The notes under the pieces: generated by a model
Told to the model about the DNA's origin: nothing
What the model saw: only the letters and a program-made list of their open reading frames with translations
Database searches by the model: none
Source: Cystobasidiomycetes sp. EMM_F5
Taxonomy: Eukaryota
Assembly (NCBI GenBank): GCA_051047955.1
Contig: JBPGPT010000001.1
Coordinates: 682,001 to 746,000 of the forward strand
Length of the DNA stretch: 64,000 bases
Direction of reading: 5' to 3'
Made by a program: the position numbers and the translations under genes
Shown: piece after piece, positions 14,471 through 25,424 of the stretch
Layout of the letters: each line of letters starts with the position of its first letter
How positions within the stretch are numbered: the first letter of the stretch is position 1

Positions 14471-16634
14471 ATGAGTCCAGAATCAGCGAGCGGGTCCAAT
14501 CCGCCATTAGCAAACGGCAACAACGCACCTGTGCACAGTACGCTTTTGGATCAGGACGAAGATGTCGACAAGGTGAACGAGCTTTTGCATTCTTTCGCCA
14601 TGCAGACAGCATAACCTTTTTGCCGTAATATGCTGATTTTTGTAATAGCCGAAGAAGCGCAAGAAGGCAGCTCGAGCGTGCAATCATTGCCAGACTGCAC
14701 ACCTAACATGCGATGACAGTGGGTCTTCGTATGCACGAGCCGTCGCGAAGGCTTTGCTGAATGCTGGCTGTATCTCCCCCGCAGATCGGCCTTGCCTGAG
14801 GTGCATTAAGCGGAATCTGGGCGAAACATGTCAAGACGGCAGTCGAAAGAAAGCCAAGTACTTGCGTGACATTGATGATGCTGGTACGGTCAAGGCCGTC
14901 CGGTTTCAAATTGGCTTGCTTTCGGTGCTGACGTTCTTCCAACACCAGTTGTCAATCAGGGCAAGACACACCCTACACCGTTTACATCAAGTTCAGACAA
15001 GCCGTCGAAACGTAGAAGCAGTCCATCGCAGTCCGAAGTCCCGGAGCCTCCGTCCATCAAAGTACCAGACCCGCTCCCAGATACTCTGTTTGATAACATA
15101 TTCGCGCAAACCGTCGCAACAATCGAGCCCTCACCGAACAGCGTCAGTAATCCAGAGCAGCCATCACCGATGCAATCCATAAGCACTTCAGGGACGGTCG
15201 CGACAAATATTGACGATATCTTCACGGGATATGATCAGGCCGCCAATTCGGCATTTAATCCAGCTAATCATGGCCAAAACCCTGCCTCTTCCGCTCCCAT
15301 GCTGTCGCCGTTCGGCATGTTCACCGACTTCTCTACTACTGGAGACTTTGGCTCGCAGAGTGCCAATTTAGAATATGCGGTATTATCCAGTATGCTGCAA
15401 AATTCCGGGTGGAATGCTTCGCCGACATCGGTGGATCAGAAGCTTCCGGGAGCGTCGTCCACCGCGAATCCAGCGCAAACTCAGTCGTCGTCACTGTATC
15501 CCTCTATTTCAACAGGCTATGCCGACTTCGGCACGGGTAGTGTACCCACCAGACTATCATCATTCGGTTTACCCTTAGCTGCATTTGAAGGCGACCCTCG
15601 ACAGCCCACGCTTGACACCGAAACGCCCTATTTTTTCAACGGGAACATCCAGCCACACCCTCCGCCGGAGCAGCAATCGATAAATCCCATGGATGCGTTT
15701 CCCAATAACGCTTGGTCAACCACAACACCTGCTATCTCGCATCCCCTGCCCTCGTCCATACAGCCGTTAATGAATCCTACTCCCGTTACTGACGGCACAG
15801 CAAGTCCCACCAGAGTACTTGTTTCCGCAATGGGCACTATGCGTGCGGAAGATGTGTACAGGCATGTCAACAAGCCGTATGTACGTAGCTGACATTCTCG
15901 TTGAACTTTGATGTTGGTCACAGGGCTGATGTGTCCTTTCCTACAGAGTCACCTCGAAGGCTATCACGCACTCATTCGGCACTTGCAAAACAACTTCAAG
16001 AACAAGTCGGACATCTTGAGAATTATACGGGCTCTGTCAATATATCGTCCATCTATCATTGCCTTGCAGATGCCACTGACGCTCGACGATGAAATTTTCG
16101 TAGAGCGGTCGTTTCAACGCACGCTCATCGAGCTGGAAAAGCTCATATCGTTCAGCGGCACCCCGACTGTGGTATGGCGACGCACAGGGGAGATCACCCT
16201 GGCCGGGACAGAGTTCACTCTACTCTCCGAGTGGAGTCGCGAGCAATTATTGGGCGGCGGGGCTCGTCCAAAACGTAAATACATCTTCGAGATTTTCGAT
16301 GACAAATCTACTGTGGCATACTACGAGAGTTTCGCAGCACACGCATTCGAGAGCTCAACAAGCGTGAGTACAGATTCTCCGGCCAATCAGGAGGCATTGC
16401 CTGACGACGGCTTTCGGAATGTTTATACAGACTATCACAACGACCTGCAACATCGTTACGCCCAATGGCAGACGCGTCCCCTGTACATTTGGTTACAATT
16501 TCAAACGCGACATATTTGGCCTTCCTAGCATGATTGTTGGCCAATTTCTCGTGAGACATCCGCATCGATGTAGATCTAATCACATAACTAATGTCGAGCC
16601 ACAGCCTATACTCTCGCACCACGCATCACATTAG
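14471..16634 (+). CDS. ERT1: Zn(II)2Cys6 transcription activator of gluconeogenesis (ERT1/acuK family, C-terminal PAS)
   Basis: [49 protein letters not shown]-terminal [51 protein letters not shown]. Confidence 0.9.
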
Positions 16635-16715
16635 AGAATTATTTAATAGTACCCCAACAAGCCAATTGTGCACGCTGAGGCCAACATCATTGTGCCCAAC
16701 GAAGAAACAATCCCA

Positions 16716-18336
16716 TCATGCCTGCCCATTCATGTACGAGTTCAAGAAGTAGTATGGTACAGGCCCCACCGGCGGGGTGTCGCTATCGGTTGATATCGAG
16801 GAGACGCGGTCCACAGCTTCGAACCCTTGACGGTCGCAGATTTCGGTCTGGAAATCTGAATCGCTCTTCCAGGACGCGACTGCAGCTGCTCGGAGCCGGG
16901 CTCTTTTCAAGTCTTCTGGAGGAATAGCGTAGCCAGCTTCCAGAGCCATGTCAGAATCAGCTATACGACACTATAGAAGGCGCGAGCTCAGTCCTGACGA
17001 TGAAGATGGTTAGAAAAGCAGCCGGAAGTCTTACCAAACAATCGTTGCAAAAAGCGACCTCGTCCAAGATGTTCTTGGCCATACCGCCATCGCACGAATC
17101 GTAAGCAGGCAACTGGACTGAGGACAGCATGCAGCAACAGGACGACATAATGGCATCTCCAGTATATTTGATCTCCCGTTGCTGCTTCAAGGGATTGTTC
17201 ACGAGCGGAGTGAAGCGTAAGATTACTTGAAGTTGATGAGAGACACGTATGCCAGTTATGCTACGCTCTGCCGTACTTGGTCGAATAGCATCATCGTTTG
17301 GCAAACGGAATTGACGCGATAGATGGAAGTCTCTGCCAGGACGAAGGGTGCCGACATCTTCCTGCGCCTTCAGTGTCCATAGGGGCGTTATCTGATTGAC
17401 AGCTGATTTCATATGCGGCTTTCTCAAATTTTGTAGCTCATACTTTTGTAGCAAGTTGACGCATATGTCGTCCAATTGGACTGGCTGCGATATTATGGGC
17501 ATGGAAACGTTCAAGCGTAGATACCCGCTGACGATCAAGTATTTAGACGTTAGCGCAAGACCGACGGGACCCAAGTGTGGATTCTCGATTTCCCGCTGCA
17601 TTTCAAATCCGGGTGGGACTCCGCCATTTGTACTGTGGTTGGCGACTGTTTCGTGTGTCAGAGGGTGCGACAACCCGTGCTAAAATGCTGTGTGCCTACT
17701 GAGGTAGAATGGCTTTTCTGCTATGAGATCTTTGCCGAACTTGCCCAGACCGGTAGCCGTTGCTACACACTTGTGATACGTTCTGCCACTACAGCTAATT
17801 TGAGCGGTGTTGACGCGGAAACTGCCATTTGACCTACTATGGACCTCGGTCATATGGTGCGCTGTTTGATGGTACGACGAAGCTAAAAGCATAGCTTTAG
17901 GTACACATTCAGTTATACTTCTCTGCATATATATGAACGCAAGACACCACCCATACCGATGTTCACCGGGCGATAGCAGCTCAGTTTCCTTATCAAGCTC
18001 GAGCGTCTCATGCAGTAGCTCGTATGTATCATATTGACCCTTGATTAGTATGTTCTGGCGGCCAAGCTGGACGAGCCACGGTATCAGCGTGTCGCAACAA
18101 GCCATAGAGGGATTTTGAACACAAACCAATTCAACCTGGAGGCGCTTGATACGCTTGACGTCCGGAAGGTCTAGCGTAACATAGCCGTCGACGACGGTGT
18201 CATAGCGTGGAGCTCCGTCTGGGTTGATTTCGAGGATATCGTCGCCGTCGAGACCGGAGTGTCCAGGATTCAGTAAACATACGCTCGTTCCCACGACATG
18301 GAGCTTTAGGGTAGGGGTTTTCTCAAAGACCTTCAT
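16716..18336 (-). CDS. Arrestin-fold-like protein, copy 1
   Basis: VVDGYVTLDL..IKRLQVEL, LSPGEH, beta-rich C-domain, RLPNDDAIRPST..TGIRVSHQL, LPAY (PY-type motif); spliced. Confidence 0.65.
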
Positions 18337-18775
18337 TTTATCGTATCTGGTTTTGACAGAGAGGAGTGCAGAAACGCATAGCTACGTGCTGGCAAATGGA
18401 ACGGAATAGATTGTCATGGAATGATTGATGATTGTTCGAGTCATCTTTGAAAGCCACGCGCCCGGTGTCGGCCTTCGATATGGCCGACAGATGACTAACA
18501 TGGCGCGGTAAATTTAAAGTAGGAAGGGCAATGCGATCGCGAAGACGCTTCCATCGAGCGCTTTTGATGCATAGCTCTCGACGCGTTACAACTATGCTAC
18601 ATTTCGCTTTGGTGCGGCTAGACAAATGTAGTCCTAATTTATGACTGCCATTGCATTTCTTTTTCGACAGCTGTGTAAACCGCCTCCACTTCGCTCATCT
18701 ATCGGCTTGATCTTCAGTGTACTTTACTCATTTGTATAGACCACTTGCACTACTTCCGGGCTATATCGTGCTGTC

Positions 18776-20210
18776 TTATTTGGCAGCAGTGAATGCCCGT
18801 GCGTATGGCACGCCGCCTCAGACATCATTGGAGTGTAGCCCTCAACAACTTCGGCTTCCGGCCGATTGCACTAGTCAACAATGAGACGTCAGATATGCTA
18901 CTTTTTTATTCATCAATGGGGGCTCACCAAGCAATTGCTAATAGACGATCTCCGACCAGAAACATATTGCGGTGGAGGTGAAGCATCGTCTTCGCTGTAG
19001 GCTGGCAATTGCAGCATATCCAAAGTACATAAGCATGACGACACGGTCGCTCCACATGCAACGCGAAATTCTCGAGCCTCCCGCTTTGCTTTGCCGTGTA
19101 CAGGAGTGTACAGAATGATCACCGCCACTTTGTGCGAAATTTTCATGCCAGTGACAGCTCCTTGCGGCGTTGAGGCACGCAGAGTGCTCTCGTCCGGCAA
19201 GCGGATCCTACGAGCTACATGATAGCTCTGCCCAGCTTCGAGTCGGAATGACCTTTGACCGGTACTCGCTTTCATAGACCACAAAGGTACGCTAACGGCG
19301 CCAGTAGTGCAATAGAAATTGGGCTCCTCGATGGAATGCAAATCAATAACCTCCTCTATGGCGACTTTGATGTCTTCAATATTGACCGATTGGTCGACAG
19401 AGGGTAAACGGAGGTCGAAATCCAAAAAGCCACTAACGATGAGATAGCTGGTGCAGACATGCGCTTCCAAATGGCCCAACACCTTATTCTCCACAGTAGT
19501 GTCCATATCGAAGCCAGCAGGCGTGCCACACTGATCGGAATGATTCGATACTAGTGCCGTCTTGCGTCAGTGTGGTGCTGGATTTATTGATAGTGTCTCG
19601 CTTACCAATGGTCACCCAGCAGAAGTTCTTCGACGGTCTCATCGTGCTGGACGATGTGATCGTCGTGGCGACAACTCGATACGAGGTACGGCCGCTGTAT
19701 GCACGAAATTTAGTAGCAACCCGAAGTAACGCTGTTTATACCTACACAGGCGTCTTTTCGCTTGGTGCCGCATTCCAGGGAATAGTAATAGCAAAGGCAA
19801 AGCTGCGTAGTTGAGTATAAGTGCATATTCCATGGACTTCTTTATGGGCCTGCACGTACTCTGAATTGCCGAGAAAGCCACTGGAGTTGACGGCCACATC
19901 GTGCCGCCCAACGCGCACAGTGCTGGTATGTTGAAAGCCGCCTATTGTCACGCAATGTCTGGCAAGCTGTCCGGTCTGAACTTAGTTCGGTCAGCTTTGC
20001 GGACGGCATTAAGCTTACCAGCTCTACTCGAACAGTGTGGACGTCGGTTGCCCGGGCCGCACTTATTCGTACGGTACCAGTAAGCAATGTGTTAGATATC
20101 ATGCTGGCGGAGCCAGTGTCTCCTTGGTCGATTTCGGAGTTTGGCCTGGGCGGCAAGAAATACACGTCTGAATCCGTCTCAACGGTAAGCTTGATGCCTC
20201 GACTGAACAT
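18776..20210 (-). CDS. Arrestin-fold-like protein, copy 2, tandem paralog
   Basis: LLTGTVRISA..VRVEL, FAFAITIPWNAAPSE, RLPDESTLRAST..TGMKISHKV, SSCLC..LQLPAY; collinear with copy 1. Confidence 0.65.
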
Positions 20211-20737
20211 TGTCGTGTTCGAGTCTTCTAGGAGGTCGTTTCACGTTGCTTGGTGATGGTCGGTTTTAAGGTGCACGCCGTGTACCTGGTGGCAACAAGC
20301 ACTCCGCAGCGGGTCTTGGTGGAGACGCGTTTAGATGAAAGCAAAGCGGCGTGCAGCTTCGAGCATACGTGCAGCACTCTACGAGGGCACAAGTATGCTC
20401 AGCCGTGGCAGTGCTCGTTTGTGCTTCGGACTTCGGCTTGAGCGGGCGAGCCAAGGGGTCCAGTGCCAAGGATCGCGATTGTCGAGTTTCCTTGCGTACT
20501 CTGAGCCGCATCATCAATGGTGCCAAAAGCGCTCAATGAATATTGTCTGAGTATCTATGTAGCGGAAGAACGATACTCCAGCTGGAGATTAAGCCGAAAC
20601 AAGACATTCGACAGCGGACGCCCAGCTCGGTGGCGACCCCTCAAAAGAAAAAACATTTCAAGCCGCCCATCGTACGCCGTGGTCCATGCGTTCCAATGCA
20701 TGCCTTGTTGTGACTTCTTCGGCGGAGGCAAGCCGTA

Positions 20738-23351
20738 TCAAACGAGGAAAATCGACTGTCGACCATTCATGGCATAGAAAGGACTGAGGTTGCGTTTCTC
20801 GCAGGCCTCAGCCAGGTCGGCCCTACCCAGAGTGTTGCAGCAGCTAGCCAGAGTGTCCCAAAGTATGGAAGATTCTGTGTGACTACCGCTCGCCGGCGAC
20901 TCAATGGGTGTGCCAACATCGGCGTCTGTATTCTGCTGCGTGGACAACGCTTCGAGAAGATATTGACCCGCTTCTCGGTACTCTTGCATACTCATGCATG
21001 CGATCGCAAGGTTGAAACTGGCAAGATCCGTCAGACGGGGAAAAAGAGGTACAAGGTTTGGATCGCTTACGTCGCTCTGGTGAACTCAGGCTGAAGCTCC
21101 AGAGCACGATGATAGTACGCTACAGCGTCGGCCGCTTGACCAGAATTGGCGTAAGTGGCACCCAACCGGTTGTATAGATGAGGATCCTGCACGACGATTC
21201 AACTTCAGCACTAATCCGCGGAAAATGTAACACCCTTCGTACATCTGGTCTGACCGATAGGGCTGCGCTGAAACAGTCGGCTGCCTTTTCGTATTCTTCA
21301 CTCGCGTTGAAAAGAATGCCCAAGGCGATCTGTACTTCCGCGTCAATATGATGATCGTCTCCGGTGCCGGCACGCGCCATGTCTACGAGCAGACCAGTAA
21401 GATAGTCGTGCTTGCGAGAGGTGCTAGTGCTCTGCTCCTCGACACTGCCGTGATGTAATCTGTACTTTTGCAATACTTCACTATACTCTGGCTTGCAAGC
21501 TACCCAACGATCGATAGCATCATGGGCTTTACTGCGCAGATTGTCGTTAGTGTAGCTAACTGCCAACGCAAGCCAAGCCTCCTTCATCGAGGGCTCAAGC
21601 TCTATAGCTTGTTTCAGGGCTTGTATGGCTAGCGCTTCCCGCTCGTTTTCTTGCTGCTTCAGACCCAAGCTGAGCCAGGCTCTAGAGTTCAGTGGGTCTC
21701 GCTGTACGTCGGCTTCTCTAGCCAGTAATGAGTCTGGAGTAAATGAACGTGTAGACGCAGGGTCTAGCAAATACGGATTTCGCGTGTGGAAAGCGTACTT
21801 TTCTGTTGTGGACGTGGGCCGTGCCATTGTGGCGGGTTCCGCGTCATGGCGTTCCCACTGATCTTGGAATGTTGCCCATTCTTGCTGCTGTGGGTTGACC
21901 TCGAGCATTTGCGACATGGTCGGCGGAGCGGGACCATTGCGCAGCAGTGCATCGTCCAGCGCAAAATCATTCGCGTCATCCTCCTGCAACATCGCAGCAT
22001 CGCCTACAAAGGCTCTTTCTGCTTTGACCTGCCGCTCCATTACATCTCTATCGAGTGTAGCATTCATCTCGTCGTACGCAGCCTGCAGATCCTCGGCTGA
22101 CTCTACAAATGATGATTGCTGATTCGACCGCATTGCTGCATCAAGTGTCCCTTCGTGTAATGATAACGGGGTTAGACATGTTGACTGCACAGGTGTTCTG
22201 GCTGCCAGCGGCGCTGCATTTGCAAGTGCTTGGTTCATCAAACCCGAAACCGAGGGCCGAGTTTGGTTGTTGCCCGACTGCGCGACCATCTGATTGCCTT
22301 CTACGACTACGTCTTTGTCGCGCAACTTTTGCATGAGACTCATGAAGCCGGATTCTCTCATCTTTGTATTCGTAGTCAGATCATGCGAAACACTTTGAAG
22401 CAATTCCCTTGCGGTCTTTGACAAGAGATCAGCGTCATGCCCATGTTGCAGCTGGGAAGGCGAAGTTGGACGAGCCGTCAAAGACTCATGACTTTGGACG
22501 CTGTCAGTCTGCATGGCCTTATCCAGTTGTGTGCCCGTCTTCTCTAGATGTTTCGCGAAAGCGGTCTCCCACGACACCTCATCTATATTCCTGATCATTT
22601 CGCTCGCACGAGTCTCAGCAGTAGCATGCATATGCGGAGGTGGGTACGAATACTGCTGTTGCGACTCGGAATAACCGGGCTGCATTAACGGTAACTGGTT
22701 TTGCATGCCGGTATAAGGCAAACCGTTGGCCGTGCCGAGACTCGGAATGAAATGCGGACGATGTGAGTCCATAGTTGCTACGGGTAGAGATGTTGAAGCC
22801 ATAGGACCTGAAGTGAAAGCGTGATTGTCGCGCTGGAACTCGGCTGCCCATGATGGTATATCTTGATCTATAGCCGCATGACCTGGCGTATCTCGCAGTC
22901 TGCTCTTCTCCCATGTGCGTTGACTGCCTTCGCGGTGCTGCAAGGTAGCTGCGAAATCCTTCGAGGATTTCGCCCAGCCTGGTGCAGGCGAAGCGATACG
23001 TGGCAAAGCACCATGGACTGCTTCAAAGTTGTACGGCGACCCGGCTTGAGATCTGTGATGAGCTTGCTGCTGGAAGAATGCCTGAGCTGCGGCGTTTGCG
23101 CTGGCTTCAGGTTGTTGCAAGGTATTTGTCCTGAAGCTCGAATTGCCTGATGAAGGGCCAATACCGACAAAGCGGTCCTGCAAGCCCGAAGCATCGTTAG
23201 GAATTGCTTGAAGAGGTGATGATTATATCCAAGTGCTCACTCTGCCCAATTGGCTGCCATCGCCAGCGAGACCTTTGCTCAGTGCGGATAACGGGTTGAC
23301 TGGACCGCAGGCGTCGTCACTGCTGACAAGTGATTGCAGGAACCCGCTCAT
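20738..23351 (-). CDS. PEX5: Peroxisomal targeting signal receptor Pex5 (TPR), long form with Pex7-binding-like box
   Basis: N-terminal Cys ([10 protein letters not shown]); WxxxF motifs (WAAEF, WETAF); YAFHTRNPY; TPRs [40 protein letters not shown]. Confidence 0.92.
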
Positions 23352-23544
23352 GGTGCATCCAAGGCATATATGGGATACATTTGGTGCATGCTGTCAGCAT
23401 TCAAAGGGATGCGACTTCAATTTGTAAGAGTGGCAGAGACCTGCCGGCTTTTTGAAACACCGGTCGACAACATGGAGAAAAAACTTATAGGGACAGCACA
23501 CTCCGAACAGCTGTATGGACATCTCTTCCCTGTACGTGAGTCCG

Positions 23545-23961
23545 CTACAAACCCAGCATCTTGATATTGGCAGCCATGACTCTGTCCACTTCGAGTATTT
23601 CCGCTACCTGCCTTTCGTGTTCCATCCTCTGCTCCGTCGTCATTGCATCGAGCTTCTCTTGCATTGCCTTCTCTCGGTTGGCAGCGGTGTCTTTAGACCT
23701 TTGTATGAGCTTTGCCAGAAAAGATCCGGGGCATAGTCGACAGATGGCCTGCACAAAGCTCGACATGTCTTCAGGTCTGGCATGATGTATGGGCCCGAGG
23801 GGCGACAGCGGCAGCGCAGTTGTGTAAAGAGGAGGAGTGGCATCCGATGCTGAGCATGTGTATGGGCTGTCGTATGCTGGTGGACTTAATGCGCGGTACG
23901 CGAGAACAGACGGTGCCAGCGAGCTGTGCGAAGGAGACGCGATTCGCTGTACACAAGCCAT
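23545..23961 (-). CDS. Small hypothetical protein (138 aa) with PPAY and PPLY motifs and a C-terminal helix/coiled coil
   Basis: ATG ORF directly preceded by a canonical 5'-UTR intron (GTAGGG..CTGAC..CAG, 24030-23970). Confidence 0.5.
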   Translation of the reverse strand: MACVQRIASPSHSSLAPSVLAYRALSPPAYDSPYTCSASDATPPLYTTALPLSPLGPIHHARPEDMSSFVQAICRLCPGSFLAKLIQRSKDTAANREKAMQEKLDAMTTEQRMEHERQVAEILEVDRVMAANIKMLGL

Positions 23962-25183
23962 TGGCAGATCTGATGTTGAGAGTGTCAGTGCATGTATCGG
24001 TACGAGAACCGCCTGACGTTCAAGCCCTACCTTTGGCTAAAGGTGTTGGGCGACAAGCTCAGGAGTCGAGGTTCAAACGATTATGACGGGAGCGTGGAGC
24101 TGCAGAGAAGTAGGAGCAGGTGTAGCATTGCCTTAGAATTAGTCGTCAGCTTCAGCTGTGATTATGATGCGACTCGGATGTGGCCGTTGCGATGTGATGC
24201 GGATGTGATTCGTCGGGTGGCTGAGACACGGGAGGATGGGCCTGGGCTTCAGGACTGTTAGCTGCATGTTGGTGATGTATGTGTGCTGGCATGCAAGGTG
24301 TTGCAGTTTGCTTGAGTTGGATGCATCGATGATTGCAATAAAAGTAAAGCACCTCATCGTCAAGTCTCTTTGCTTTGTTCCGTTTCAGCGAAGTCATTAC
24401 AAACAACCATGAACGGGCTGTGGAACAGGCAATGGCCTAACATGTACGTCGTCAAGGACATCAAGCGGAGGGAAGCAGTAGCTTCCTCGGAGCTGCTGCG
24501 TCGAGCATATCTCTACCTGGCTCGCTCGGAGACCTTACCAGCAAGGGTAAGCAGAAGTGCAGTCGTATGCTTCGCATTGCATCTCGACTAACGTGGATAC
24601 GTTCTATGCTCCTGCACCACGCAGGTACGCCAACAAGCTCAAATGGCACTCGCGAGCAGATCCATCTTCCCAAATATGACACGGCCAACATCAGTCAAAG
24701 AACGGTGTACAGCGACGGGGAGAGGGAGGGGAGTCCTCAGCAGCGGACTAGATCAAGGACTCTGCCGGGTAAGCTGGCCCACTGCTTCAGGAACTATGCC
24801 TGCTGAGACGCCTTGATCAACCCAATAGCACCAATTTAAGCTGAAAGCAACCAGGGGCGAGCTCGAAGGCTGGCATAAAGCATCGTGGTGACTATGGTCT
24901 CAGTGCATATATTGTAGCATATCAACATCGCGTCCGTGCATCCTTTAGTCGTGTGTTCGTCTTCAAGCAGTCGCATCAGTCGCAACTTTTTCGGAGCTCA
25001 AGAAGCGTACGCGTGTTGTTCAGCCATGTGTGTTCAGTTCGAACCTCGCATAAACGTAAGCTGTCGTTCAGCCCCTGTGGTGTGCTCGTTGCCTGTTTTC
25101 ATCGTGGGCCAGCAGGAGGCACGTGCATTCTTTTCAAAGACCAAGTTGCTCTCTTGACCATCTGCGACGCTGCGAAGACTGCC

Positions 25184-25190
25184 TATAAAT
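25184..25190 (+). promoter_or_regulatory. Putative TATA box upstream of ADE6
   Basis: TATAAAT ~240 nt upstream of the ADE6 ATG; motif match only. Confidence 0.3.
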
Positions 25191-25424
25191 CGGAATCTGC
25201 TGTGACTGCTGGACTTCACATCCATGCTGCGTTGGAGCTTCAGCGTTCCGGAACTTCATTCTCCTTGACTCGCGTTCTGAAAATTCCGTTAGTAGAGCAA
25301 AGAGATATAGACATTGGCAACGGCCGTCCTAGTAAGAACCAGCATTCCATCACTATCGAATCGCGCTCACTTTGACATTACGTATCCTCAGATTCCAGCA
25401 AATCGCGATAAACTTTGCAGCGTC

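Noticed and set aside
24152..24292. His-rich short ORF (MPAHIHHQH..SHHNHS) as a possible metal-binding peptide
   Set aside because: The His content is explained by C/A-rich leader composition, and an overlapping frame is equally open.
25267..25272. TGACTC (Bas1/Gcn4-type site) upstream of ADE6
   Set aside because: A single hexamer located downstream of the putative TATA box; expected by chance.
25314..25424. TTG-initiated N-terminal extension of ADE6 in the ORF track
   Set aside because: It overlaps a probable 5'-UTR intron and lacks targeting features; the ATG at 25425 fits the family start.
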